A stretch of DNA of 64,000 nt from Podarcis liolepis (GCA_965112155.1 OZ218099.1), one strand, 5' to 3'; positions 51,286-63,925 are shown, counted from the first letter of the stretch. Notes: a model not told the origin generated them from the letters alone. Numbers and translations are program-made.

Positions 51286-52644
51286 GATTTCATAGTCTGA
51301 TAGCCACATGCCTTGCTGGATAAGTCCAAAGGCCCATCTAGTCCAGCATCCTTGTTTTACAGTGGTCAACCAGATGCCTATTGGAAGCCTGCAGGGAGGA
51401 CCCAAGTCCAACAGTACTCTCCCTGTTTGTGATTCCAACTCCCACCTACAGCTAGTTTTAAGATGTTTATTGTATGATCTCCAGGAACATTGAGTTAATG
51501 TTTTGGGAAACATTTGAGCCTTAATCAAGGTGTGAGATTTGGGGGCAATACAGAATAAGGCTCCATGTCCCAGGTACATTGATTTGCGAGTAAGGACTAT
51601 TCAGCACAGTAGGGATGCCTCTGAGTAAAAATGTGCATGTGGGACCTGCAATAAAATGTGATCTAGAGTGCTTCTGTTTGGTGTTACAACAAGCCGGCCA
51701 TACCTTGTTTCAGGGGACATTCTGTTCCTTTCTCTCTCTCCAGCCCTCTCCCATTTTCCACTCTTTTTTCCAATTATTGGAGCACCCCCAAGCATTCCAA
51801 TCTCTCCCTTTTCTTTCTCAGTTGCTCTGACACCTGAGTATGCTATTACAGCCAAATCCTGTCCTATTTGGTAAGGTGGGTTAAGAATCCTTCAGCTCTT
51901 GTGTGGTAGCAAGAGTTGGGAATGTAATAGGTATCGCCTGGAGAATGTAGGTGATACATGGGGAGAATGCAAGAGGAGAAGGGTAACTGTTTCAACATAT
52001 CTCTTCCTACCTATGTTAGCAGTGGAGGAAACCCAATGTCTTATGTGTTCTACAGAAGATGGGATAGTAAGTTGGGATCCACTTTGATTTCTTCCTTACA
52101 TGCTGCAGCAAATAATAAAGAAAATGAAGATAGAAATAGACTTACATAAGCAAGCTCTGGTCACCACTGACTCATGAGAGAAAGCAACAAACCTTTCCCT
52201 CTACCGGTGTGTTTACAGATCTTTAGCTGGGCATAAAAGGGAACTTGTCAGCCAAGTTTCTGTTGCTTCTCCCTTGGGAAGCTGAAGAACATACAACTGA
52301 AATTGTAGTTGGCTAATTAAGAAGCTGTTATTAAAATAGGAGTTGTAAGCTTTTGTACTGGTACATTTTCAGGGAGAGGTGGAATTAGAGCTGTTTCCAA
52401 ATGACACTAAAATACTTAAATTTGAGAGAGTCATATTTTACATTACAGTTAGAAATACTTATTTATTTAATGCACCAGGAGGCTATAATTCAAAAATTAC
52501 AGAGCTCTGATGATGTTCTAGCAGCTGGTAGTTTAAAATGCTTAGTCCTAAACTTAAAATTGTAGGTGCTTTGTGCAAATATCTATACTTAATGTTGATT
52601 CTGTTCAATCTTGCACCACACTGATAATGAATACTTTTTTTCAG

Positions 52645-52841
52645 GAATAGAGCCCAAGTCTGATGTGGTGGTAACTGAGGAAGATCAGGATGGTCCCCTG
52701 CCTAGCACACTGACTAGAGGCATCGACTGGCTTCTCTTATTTTCTTTATTGTTCCTCATCAGCTTTATCATGTATGCCACTGTCCGGACAGAGAGCATCC
52801 GGTGGTTAATACCTGGTCAAGATCAGGAACATCAGGAATGA
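52645..52841 (+). CDS. TXNDC15: TXNDC15 exon 5 with TM helix ([20 protein letters not shown]) and tail ...GQDQEHQE*
   Basis: CAG acceptor ending 52644; TGA ending 52841; exons sum to 1056 nt = 351 aa + stop. Confidence 0.96.
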
Positions 52842-53850
52842 TATGTGAACTGAGAACTTTGTTTTCAGAACAAGCTAAACAACATTAAATTAAATGGTGG
52901 ATCGAGTCTTTGTGATTTCTTGTTAGGCAGGACCCTGTATTGTTAATCATACATCACTCAGCAGAAATTCCTTGTGATACTAATATGAACATGCACAGCT
53001 GGAAATTGTTCATAAAGTTGTTATGAGGGAATGACAAAAATATCTATACCTATCTGATATGCTTAAGTTTTAGGAACTGTGTGGTGTCTTTTGGGGGACA
53101 TCTGATGATCTCTAGTAATGCAAATGGATTGCTGCTTTCTATTTAAAAAACAAGGATGTTATGCACCTGTGAAAACTGTTGCAGATGCAGACAGTTCTAA
53201 TAGGAAAATATCAGGTATAGGTGTAAGATGCAGCTTTTAGAAAGTTTCCTGAGCCACCCCAGATGGTCATTTTAACTATGCTAGATTTGGAGCTGCAACA
53301 ATTGACCCCCATGTTTTCCCTACACGCACAAAAAATATATAAGTAGGGAATTTGTATGAATTGGCTCTCTTGTCAATTTGATGCTGTCACACATGTGGTG
53401 CTATGATCACAGTATTTGGATGACACTTCTGCTGCTAACATGTCAGAGCTTTTAGTAAGGTTGCACTGACTACTGATACATGAACTTGACATTTATTTAT
53501 GGCTGAACTGGGAATATATGTTTTAGCGTTCTAAAGGGTCAGAAAACACATATGGGAGGAATACACATACATGATAATAAACATACTTTTTACCCCATAT
53601 TCCATGTTTTGCAATGTTAATGTAATTTAAGCACTATTGTGAACTTAGATAATCTTGAAAGGGTGTATCTCTACTTGTTCATGCTACTGTTCTTATTTTG
53701 ATGTGTTATATAAATTAGTATGACTTTTTAAGGGTAGCCAATACAATCCAATGAAGCTAGCTGCATTCTACATTCTGTACTACAGCAGCACCAAAGTTCT
53801 ATTGCATTTTAGAGATTTCTGTATCATAATAAATCCATTAACATCCAAGT
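52842..53850 (+). other. TXNDC15: TXNDC15 3'UTR; AATAAA at 53576-53581 and 53828-53833
   Basis: Hexamers seen; end inferred. Confidence 0.55.
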
Positions 53851-54534
53851 ATCCTTTTGGGCATCTTCAGTGGTTGTCTTGGCATGGTTTTCAGTGTAGA
53901 ATACTAAAGTGCTTTAATCACACAAGACACCAGAAACCAAGAAATATCTAACGAAGCAACTGTAGGTTACATTCAGCTCTGGAGATGGCTGTGGTCGCTG
54001 TCTTCTGTCCACATTGGCTGAAGTTCAGGTGCATTCGTTAAGCTGGGAGCTGGGTGTACAAGTTGCTAGATCCTTTGCATCCTTCAAATGTGCAGGTAGG
54101 AGAGTTAGCAGTGCGTTTGTGGCGCAGCTATTGCCCTGCAATCCTTATGCAGTGGCAGCAGACTTCCTTCACTGTGGTCAGGTAAACTTGTGAGTTGTCT
54201 GCTGAGGGTAATGCAGATGGGCAAGTACAATAGGAAAGTCTGTTTTTCTTTCAAGAAGCCCTAGGCAGTAGGGACAGAGCCAGGTACTGAGAAAGGTGGT
54301 AGCTGTTGTGGGAAAACATCAGGCAGCTGCTTTCTGCGCCTCACAAAGGACACTGCCAGTAGCTCAAACCTCTGGCAGGAGATTTCCCCCCAACACTTTT
54401 GCTCTTCTAAAAATAGTTCTGCTGTGAGAGCGCAGGCCAGGCGGTCTCCAAGCGACCCCCACTCCCCCCATGGAGGCTGACTCAGGCTGGGGTAGCAGCA
54501 GTGCAGAAGAAAGCGAAGGGGCTAGATGCGCTTG

Positions 54535-54672
54535 CAGCGGTTCTCAAACTGGGGGTCTCCAGATGATGTTGGACTACAACTCCCGTCATCCCTCAGCTCT
54601 GACCTTGCTAGCTAGGGGTGATGGGAGTTGTAGTTCAACAACATCTGAGGACGCACAGGTTGAGAAAGGCTG
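54535..54672. mobile_element. Fold-back hAT-type MITE abutting the PCBD2 promoter
   Basis: CAGCGGTTCTCAA ... TTGAGAAAGGCTG ends; internal GGACTACAACTCCC / GGGAGTTGTAGT arms shared with the 4099/60401/61199 copies. Confidence 0.8.
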
Positions 54673-54679
54673 CAGGGCA

Positions 54680-55450
54680 TAATGAAAGTAAAGTGGGCGG
54701 GGAGAGCGACGGCCTTTCGCGCAAGAGGTTTGCCTTCCATCCCTCCTCTCCCTCAGCCGGGGAGTGGTGGGAGGAGTGGGCGGCGCATGCGCTTCCCCGT
54801 GGGAGGTGCCAGGTGGGCGGGCGGAGAAGCCACGCCGGAGCCATGCGAGGCGGCGCCTGGGCCGGCCTGAGGTGGCTGCGAGCGGGGCTGACGCCCGTGG
54901 CAGTACGAGTCAGCGGCAGAAGCGAGTGCTCCGCTATGGTGAGAGGTTGGGCGGCGAAGAAGGGAAGGGGACCTCGGAGGGACTTTCCCCACCCCGGCAG
55001 CAGCGTCACTTGGGCGGCGTTGGGTTTCGTTTCTTACCCCACCCCCGACTTCTCGGCCTCCCCTCCCGCGCAAAGTGGGTCCCGGGGACCTTTTGGTTTA
55101 TATCCGCCCGTGCATTCATTCATAGTGGGATTCCTCCGGCAAGCATCGAGAGTGATTCCTTGGGCTTTCCCGCGCCCCACTTTCCGACCCAGCGAGGGAG
55201 GCTTGCACCAACTTTTGCTCTTTTTACGTTTGGGATTCGGAAAGCACGAGCCTTCCTTTGGAGAGAAAGTGCATTCAAATAGGTCTCCTGTGTTTGGTAA
55301 CGTTTCCTACCAGATGCTCACTGAGGTGCAAAACCCAGTGTCTGGATTGTGCCATTTAAGATTTGGGAGGGGGATTCACGCGAAGGAATGCGCCCCTGTT
55401 TTCGGGGGATGACGACGCATTTCTGTGCACCGCAAGCTAGCAGGTCAGGG
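54680..55450 (+). promoter_or_regulatory. PCBD2: CpG island promoter of PCBD2 with NRF1 palindrome GCGCATGCGC (54783-54792) and GC boxes
   Basis: CpG-rich; GGGCGG boxes; NRF1 consensus about 50 nt upstream of the ATG. Confidence 0.82.
54843..54938 (+). CDS. PCBD2: PCBD2 exon 1 CDS: MRGGAWAGLRWLRAGLTPVAVRVSGRSECSAM (mitochondrial-presequence-like, ends in a second Met)
   Basis: GCCATG context; ATG|GTGAG donor; phase 0 matches exon 2. Confidence 0.85.
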
Positions 55451-55662
55451 AGAACAGCAGGCTTAGAAGTCTTGACACACTGACGTTTCCTTTTCTGTGT
55501 TCCAAGTGAGTTCAAGTCCACCTCCTGCCTGAATTCGTGCAGCTCAGACACAGGTTTACCATAACCGCCTTAATGACAACTAGGCTGCATTGCATGGGGC
55601 ACGTCCAGACTTTCACTACTTTTGGGTAGGATACAGTCACATACTCTTATCTGTAAATTCAT

Positions 55663-55740
55663 GTTACAGGTAGGTAGCCGTGTTGGGGGGAAAATTCCTT
55701 CCAGTAGCACCTTAGAGACCAACTAAGTTTGTTATTGGTA
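55663..55740 (-). mobile_element. Penelope-like terminal fragment, same family as 10650-10742
   Basis: ~50 nt near-identical in reverse complement to 10689-10740. Confidence 0.75.
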
Positions 55741-57695
55741 ACATTGACCTTGTGCAACGAACCTGCTCAATAGCCACCCCCCCCAATAATTTTACACTGG
55801 AAAAATATAGAATAACAGTTGGTCGATTCAACTTCATATCATCACTCTTGAAACAAATCACAATAAATGCAGGTGCTTAGAAAATAGCCAATATAACTGA
55901 AAATATTTTTTTTTTGTAACGGGTTCTTTCCACACATTATTGTGAACACCGGATGCTAAACACAGTAAGCAGTGAACATACATGTATCAGTCAGCTCTGC
56001 AGTCACCCCTTCTGTAGGAAGAAGCAGGGAATTTTCACCAATGCAACATATTAGTGGCCTGGTGCCTGTTTGTTTACTCAGAGGTAAAACTCACAGCCTT
56101 GAATTCAGAGGTAAAAATGGCAAACTTATTCAAATTGGCAGGGAGCCTGTATGTTAGTTGCAGGCTCATCAGTACTGAATAATATTAAGGGATGAAGATA
56201 AGGCACACTTTGAACAATGTAGAAATGCAGTATAATGAAATAAGAAACACCAGGAACCTATTGCTATTACACAATGCATGGTAGATTATGTTTAAAGGTA
56301 AGAATTCCTCAAAACTGAACTTGTTTGTATCTCGCCTTTCCTCCACTGAGCTCAGAATGGGAAAAAAATATTTCCCCATTTTATTATTATAGCCTTAGGT
56401 ACTTAGGCCGAGTAAGTGACTGACTTAGATTCACCCAGAGTGCTTCATGGGTGAGCAGAGACACCTGTGACTGTAGAAGCACTTTTTAACATTTATTTTG
56501 CTCTAGGGAAATTCCTGGTGCCTCAAAATACAGAGAGCTTACCATTTGCAGTAGTAATTGAAACAGAAGAATAGAATAGATGAAATCAGGCATATAATTA
56601 AGGATTTGTGTCTGAATAATATTGACTTGTACTTGCATAAGAAGCAGAGAAATCAATTGCATATTCTTTCTGCCAGTTCTCTTTGGTACAAATTTCCCTC
56701 CTTGACGGAGTAATTTATGGGGATGTGAGTTCAGCACAATTATACATGGTGCAAAATTCAGCAGTCTGAAAACTTCAGCATTTGTGTAAATGGCAGTGAG
56801 GGGACACCAAATATGTTTCTGGCCATAATTTTTGGCAAGTGGCACTTGAAAATGTGGGGGCAATTGTTGGTAAACACAAATTTGTGTATGGTTATTTTGC
56901 ATAACATGCCTTAAATATATACTGAGTACATAATGTAACAACTAGACAGAAAATTTTATTAGCTAATAAAAATATGTAGTTCATGATACATGCAGCCTAC
57001 AAATAGGACCTGAAAGATATGGGTTTGGGATCAGCCTCTCCAGTTTCAGCTGATTTTTGTCTATGTAGATCTTCCACAGAGTCTTGAAAACTAATTTTGA
57101 GAATGTAAATTCAGAATGAGTAAATCCACTACAATTAAATATTGCCAGTTTGGGGGGGTAGGCAATGGACCTCTGGGTTTATATGAGGGAGTCATGCAGC
57201 CCTAAGAAGCCTGAGCATTCCAGTGGTTTAATCCCTCCTCAGCTTTCTTTATGATCAAAGTAGATTTCTATTAGCAAGTACTTGTGATCACCATCCATTT
57301 CTTTCCATACCACAATCCACAAAATTGTACCCAAAGTGGCTCACAACATTTCGCCCATCTGGCTGGGTTTCCCCTGCCACTTTGGGCGGCTTCAAGCACA
57401 TATAAAAACATAATAAAATGTTAATATAATGAAATAATAAAAACGTAATAAAACTTCCTGATGCAGGACTGTCTTTCGGTGTCTTCTAAAAGGAAGGGCG
57501 CCACTGCCAAAAATAACAACCACTTTTAATTTTCTTTAAAAATCATTTTATTGTAGGAGTCATTTGAATGTTTTAATTAGTGAACTCAGATTTGGAATTG
57601 GTTAGAAGAAAGTTGGGTCTGAGTAAAAATTGCAATAGGTTGTATCCTTGTGGTCTTTTTCAACTTTACAATGTTAGTCCTACTTAGATAATTAG

Positions 57696-58060
57696 TTAGT
57701 AAAGGTAAAGGGACCCCTGACCATTAGGTCCAGTCGTGACCGACTCTGGGGTTGCGCACTCATCTCGCTCTATAGGCCGAGGGAGCCGGCGTTTGTCCAC
57801 AGACAGCTTCCGGGTCATGTGGCCAGCATGACTAAGCTGCTTCTGGTGAACCAGAGCAGCACATGGAAACGCCGTTTACCTTCCTGCCGGAGTGGTACCT
57901 ATTTATCTACTTGCACTTGGGGGTGCTTTCAAACTGCTAGGTTGGCAGGAGCAGGGACCGAGCAACGGGAGCTCACCCGGTCGCGGGGATTCGAACTGCC
58001 GACCTTCTGATTGGCAAGTCCTAGGCTCTGTGGTTTAACCCACAGCGCCACCCGCGTCCC
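57696..58060 (-). mobile_element. Sauria SINE, full length, 11-bp TSD TAGATAATTAG
   Basis: TSD at 57685-57695 and 58061-58071; (ACCTTT) tail; CpGs largely retained. Confidence 0.94.
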
Positions 58061-59744
58061 TAGATAATTAGATACTACCCAGTGTTGGTTTGGGTTACAC
58101 TCTGTAGTAAAATATACATAGGTGTACAAATTGAAGACCTGGGATTTAGCCTTGACTGCCAGAAATGTGCCCTGTGTGCTTTAGTGAGTCATGTGACAGA
58201 CTGGTACCTCAGGTTCCTTCTTTGTACAAAGAAAAAAATACTGCCTTCCTATGTCACAGACGAGTTAGAGATCTAAATTAACTGCTGGCTTCCACAAATA
58301 CATAGGAGACACTTTCAAATAGACTAGTGTGACAAACTACCCAGACATGGTTTTCCTGTGCAAAACTGCTGAAGGAGGACATGGAATTTTGCAACATCAA
58401 AAGCAAACAGTATGTGGACATTGAATTGTCAATATTGGACAAGCAACTGAAACAGCCATACTTGACCCCGTGATCTTGTCATTGCATCCTACCTCATAAC
58501 TGCTTTAAAGATGGTCAGCAAATAAAAGTGATCGATTATAAATAATCTGGGAAAGCTAATTGCATCCACCAGACCTCCTATATCAGTAATTCAGGTATCA
58601 GAGTGATGTCAGAAAAGAATGGAAAGATGACCAGTTATTTGATTACAGTGCCCTTTGGTTCAGATTCCATGAAAGCATTTGAAACCTCTGTCTGAGGCTT
58701 AAAATCATGATCCCCTTGCCCTGTTTATCCTCATATTCTTCACATGTGCTTATTATATTAAAGTATTGTTCAGGTTTTTTTTTATTAAAAAAACAACCCC
58801 TGTGTAATTGGAAGTGAGAATTTTTTTATTATTTTTATACAAAAAATATACACAGAGAGACAAAACACAAGCTTGAAAAATATACTATCACTGCAATCTT
58901 ATGCATGTCTACATAGATGTAAGCCCCATTAAGTTAAATGGGCTTACTTTCATGTAAGTGGATTGTAGCCTAACTGTATTAAATATCAATTAAGATTCCA
59001 AAATAAAAAGAAGCATTTCCCCCCCTAAAGATAATTTATATTTTGAGAATAACTATCTCATCAACAAATCCTTTCACATTAAATTTGAATAGTAATTATT
59101 AACAGGCTAGAAATAAAATTTGTCACCGGTCATTAGGCTTCCAAAATTTGTAATTACTACCAACCATTTAATATGCAGTTAATTTGGTTAAAATATGTAG
59201 TTAATTTGATTAATTTTTAAAGGTTGAGTAAGAGATTTCTAAAACTTCAAAAGTAATCCTAACTGCAATAAACAAACAAACACATACATAAATATTGGAC
59301 TCTGAATATTTTAAGGACATGAGAAATACAATACTATTATCTTGATAGTTAATGTAATGCAATGGCCATTCTATAATCAGTTTCACTTGTTTCATCTTGT
59401 GCGCATGAGCGATGCTGGAAAGATAATTGAACGTATAATTGAGGAATATCTATAATTCTTTTTATAGAACCAGTGAAAGCATATTCTTGCTAACAAGAAA
59501 TCATTTAATCGAGCTAAAGGGAGGGGTTATTTTTTGCTGCACAATTATGTTAACTATAGATTATTTGTTTTGTGAGGGATTTCCCCCCCTCTTTCATGTT
59601 AAGTAATGTTTCGTACTTATTTGTTTCGTACTTATTTGTTTACGTTTATTTTGGTGTCTACAAAATGTTTTGTAATAAAGGAAATTTTTAACAGCCTGTT
59701 TTGCTTTATATTATCACGAATCGCTATTGAGACTTGAAATAATA

Positions 59745-59762
59745 CAGTGCCATCTAGTGGGT
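59745..59762 (-). promoter_or_regulatory. CTCF binding motif (CCACTAGATGGCACTG on the minus strand)
   Basis: Plus strand CAGTGCCATCTAGTGG matches the core CTCF consensus; not inside a recognisable repeat. Confidence 0.7.
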
Positions 59763-60400
59763 AAGCTTAAATTTTCATGCAGCAAATGTAGCCGCTCAGA
59801 TAAAGGATTCATTTTTAAAAATTGTCCATGGTTGAAATATATATGAGTATGAGGTTGAATTTTGAAGTTTACAGTGTGATCTCATTCATGTCTTCTCAGA
59901 AGTAAGTCTCATTTACTTCATCGGGACTTACAGGTACATGGGTATAAAACTGGAGGCTTACAGTGCAACCCCAGCTGTGTCTACACAGAAGTAATGCATA
60001 TTCTGAGAAAATTCTGAATTTGGATATCAGAACATTTTTCATCCCCAGTTTAACAGTGTGGGATGCTTCTGTTCAAGATCTTCACTGTTCCATTCCATTT
60101 CCTCTCAGTTTTCCATTCACTCAGCATTCTGTGGGCACAGAACATGCTCATTGGGTGGTTTTGATGTTTGTGTGGAGTGAACACACCAATGCCCAGACCA
60201 GATATATTAAAATCTAGCATATATCTATTAAGTTCTATGGGCAGCTGTCACTTGCATCTTTCGGAACATTTAAAAATAGCTCATTGGTTTGTATTCAGTG
60301 TTGGTCATTCCCAGAATACACCCACTGACTTGAATGGGTGTGACTAAAATGTATTAATTTCAGTGGGTGTACTCTGAGCAGAATTTAGTTGACTATAAGT

Positions 60401-60538
60401 CAGGCATAGGCAAACTCGGCCCTCCAGATGTTTTGGGACTACAACTCCCATCATCCCTGACCACTGGTCCTGTTAGCTAGGGATGATGGGAGTTGTAGTC
60501 CCAAAAAACATCTGGAGGGCCGAGTTTGCCTCTGCCTG
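60401..60538. mobile_element. Fold-back hAT MITE with perfect 8-bp TSD CTATAAGT
   Basis: TSD at 60393-60400 and 60539-60546; CAGG...CCTG termini. Confidence 0.94.
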
Positions 60539-61198
60539 CTATAAGTCAATATGTGTAACCATCTTTGCCATATGTCATTGAAGTACATGGTTACTAACTT
60601 TTCAAAGATGGCTATTTCAGAATGAGTGAAAATAGTTGAACTCACAGGATTCTTTGGTTACTTCAGGACTTTTGATGTAGGATAGTTTTCAGATCACTCA
60701 GAGACAATTATAATAATACTGTAAGACGAAAACACTTTTGACTACATACTTAATTCGGTATAATTTAAAACACCTCTGTTGAGTTGTATTGCTTTTAGAG
60801 TGAGATAAGCATATGCTTATATATTCCATTCAAACAAGTGGGATTTAAAAAGTGTTTAACTTTGGCAGGATCATGCACACAGCTTCTCATAATGTCAGCT
60901 TTAGAACACTAATAGCATATGTACATGTTCACTATATTCAATGGCACTTACTCCCTAGCTGAGAGTGTTTAGGATTCCACCTAAGATACATGTTAATTTA
61001 AAAGCAACACATGGGCAGACAAAGGAGCTGCCATAGTCCAACATCCCGTTCTTACAGTGGCCAACTTGGTGCTCATGGGAAACCTGTTAGCAGGACATGA
61101 GTGCAAGAGGACTTTCCTCACTTGTTCCCCAACAGCTGGTAGTCATACTGCGTCCAAACTTGGAGGTAGCACAGAGCAATTGTGGCCTTGGCCTAGGT

Positions 61199-61334
61199 CA
61201 CTGATGGCCAAACTTGGCCCTCCAGCTGTTTTGGGACTACAACTCCCACCATCTCTGACCACTGGTCCCGTTAGCTAGGGATGTTGGGAGTTGTAGTCCC
61301 AAAACAGCTGGAGGGCCAAGTTTGGCCATCACTG
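61199..61334. mobile_element. Fold-back hAT MITE (sister subfamily), next to a CR1-type end
   Basis: Arms TGATGGCCAAACTTGGCCCTCCAGCTG / CAGCTGGAGGGCCAAGTTTGGCCATCA; imperfect TSD GCCTAGGT/ACCTAGTT. Confidence 0.9.
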
Positions 61335-61545
61335 ACCTAGTTGCTGTATGTAAGTGGATGGAAATGGTTTGCCTGATACAAACATAATGAGCTCATATAA
61401 TACATTTTCTGTTAATGTCCTGCAGTATTTTCACTGTGACTATGCAAACCAGTATGGCAAAAAACACATTACAGCTTTTGAAAAGGAGCAGAACTTGGAA
61501 ACCATGGTTTTGAAATCCACCCCCCCCCTTTGTCTACCTTGATAG

Positions 61546-61677
61546 TCTTCACAGCTTCACTGGTTGACTACGGAAGAAAGGAACCAAGTTTTACACGAGC
61601 TCAAAGCTTCAGGATGGTCCGAGCTGACTGAAAGGGATGCCATATACAAAGAATTCATCTTCAAAACTTTCAACCAG
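61546..61677 (+). CDS. PCBD2: PCBD2 (pterin-4a-carbinolamine dehydratase 2 / DCoH2) exon 2: [44 protein letters not shown]; remaining exons beyond the window
   Basis: TAG acceptor ending 61545, CAG|GTAAA donor; 132 nt; recognisable PCD/DCoH N-terminus; synteny after TXNDC15. Confidence 0.94.
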
Positions 61678-63718
61678 GTAAATACTTCATTATTGCTATT
61701 TTAAGGAAATGCATCTAGCTTATATTTTTACTTCTTAGCTACCGCAACCTGTTCTTCAAAGGCCAATCTATTATCACTTTAAAAGTATTGGCAAAATCCT
61801 GATCTGGGTTCCATAGATATCATTTCAGTTCTTTAGTGTTAAATCCCTGTTACAATGAATGAGCCAGTCTATACTTGAATGACTGGGGCAAGCCATTTTT
61901 AGCTCTGAATATTTATTGATGCCATACCTGATTTGAATTAAACTTAGCTTTACTTCAGTTCATGTTGTCTGATTTTCAGAAAGAATTTGCATACTTCCTG
62001 CTGCTTTTTTCCTGTTCTAGCGGGATTCTGGAAAATAAGCTTCACCAGCAGAAAAGCATGCTTGGTTTCAGAAGGATTAGTTTGAACAAGGGAAGATTAA
62101 GTAACCCCATTCTGCCCACCAATTCTCTGATTTAAATTACTCTCACTGCTGTGTACCCATTTAGTATGACCCATATTCTAGCACACAAGTAGTCCGACCA
62201 TCATGTTTAGTTAGGCACTGAAATGGTACTAGGAAGCAACTTGTGACATATAATTCTTTTGACTTAATGTGGGTTAAAATGATAATTTTTATTTATTTTT
62301 TTGCTTTTGTAGATATAAATCTTTACAATTTCAGTTCCATGCTGTTGATAATATTTACTAGCACCCCAATGCTTTTAATTTATAGAAACTTCCCAAAGCT
62401 TGGGTTTGTGCACACACACACAGAGAGAAAGCAGATCTAATAGATCTAACACAACCTATGCCTGAAACTCAGCTATGTATCAGTCGGTATAGTTTAAGGT
62501 CAGGATGTAAACGACCATATTCTTCCTCAAGTCAGTAAATCTTCAGTTTACAGAACATAATACAACTATTTAACAAAAGTCAGACAGCCAAGAAGTATAA
62601 TTTCCTCAGTGAGCTTCACTTTGCCCTTTGCAGATGGCATAAAATCAGGTGTGTAAAAAGCTGACAAGTTGAAATGACATAAAAGGCATTTCAGATTTAT
62701 TTGTTGCACATGATATTGAGTTGATTGATCTGTTCATTGAATTTTTATTGCTTTCACAGATAACACAAATGACACATGATGCTTAGAAAACTCTTTATTC
62801 ATTCCAGGTTTTGAAGACTGTATATCAACAGATGTTAACATACCTTATTGCCAAAGTTTTGTAAGCCCATAGGAATATCTATTATTTTGTGTATTACATC
62901 CAGCAGAGGAAGAATGGACAGATTCTTTGCAAATCAGGGTAAATATGGGTCAGAGGTAGTTTACTTGGTAAAAGTTTTCACTGACAAGCTGTCAAGTTGT
63001 GGATTTACGGAATTGTTCTAAAATACCATGCTTTAGAATTCTGACAATCTCTATATCTTCTACCAAGTTGTAAATATGGTATAACATCTTCCCTCCCCCT
63101 CCTTTTTTCCTTTGTGTCATGTCTTCTAGAAAATCAGCCTATAGGCAGGGACTATCTGGTTTTTCTTTATCTTACAAAAGCTACTCAGGGAGTCTTTTGG
63201 GCTGAAAGAATAAGACATAAAAATGCTTTTAAATACGTAAGACCTATTGGCTTATGCTCGGACCATAGGTGAAGAATAAAAAGGTGGAATAGGAACTAAT
63301 TTTTTCCCTTTTCTTTCATTGCTTTTAGATTATACTTACCATTATATTGCCTTTGATGTTGTGTCTGAACAATGCAGACATAGTCTTTTATCTTAAACTT
63401 GCTCATGTGACCATATCCTTTTCATCTGTGGGGAGAGGAATGATCAATGTGAATAGGATTCTTGCAGGTACATATAAATCTGATAGTAAAATCTTACCAT
63501 AATAATATATGTTACTTAATATTTATATAGCACTCTTAGTTGTCCATTTTTAATCCATACAACCCAGGACTGAGGCTGTGAGAGAGTAGCTTGCTTAAGT
63601 TCATGGGTGACATAAGATTCAAACCAGGGAGTTCTTGATTCATAATTTGGTCTCCAACTACTACCCAAAAGAGTTCTGTATTTATGCACAGCCCACAGTG
63701 AAAAACCAGTCTCTAGAG

Positions 63719-63925
63719 CCGTGGTTCCCAATGTGGGGCACCTCCCCACACAGGGGGGCAGTTTGATTTTTAAAGGGGGCAATTGGAGAATGAGTTATTA
63801 ACAGTTAATGGCCTTTTAGGCTTCTTCCATGTGAATAGGAGTTCACTTTTTGAATAATAAGGGGGTGGCATCAGGATTTCAGAGATGCTGAGGTGGGGAT
63901 GGCAAAAAAAAGGTTGTGAACCCTG
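63719..63925. mobile_element. Non-autonomous hAT (Charlie-like) element, 207 bp, perfect TSD CTCTAGAG
   Basis: TSD at 63711-63718 and 63926-63933 fits the NTCTAGAN Charlie target; decayed TIRs. Confidence 0.88.

Noticed and set aside
54618-55412. 264-aa and overlapping ORFs
   Set aside because: Only 54843-54938 is PCBD2 exon 1. The ORF starts inside a MITE and runs past a consensus donor through GC-rich intron.
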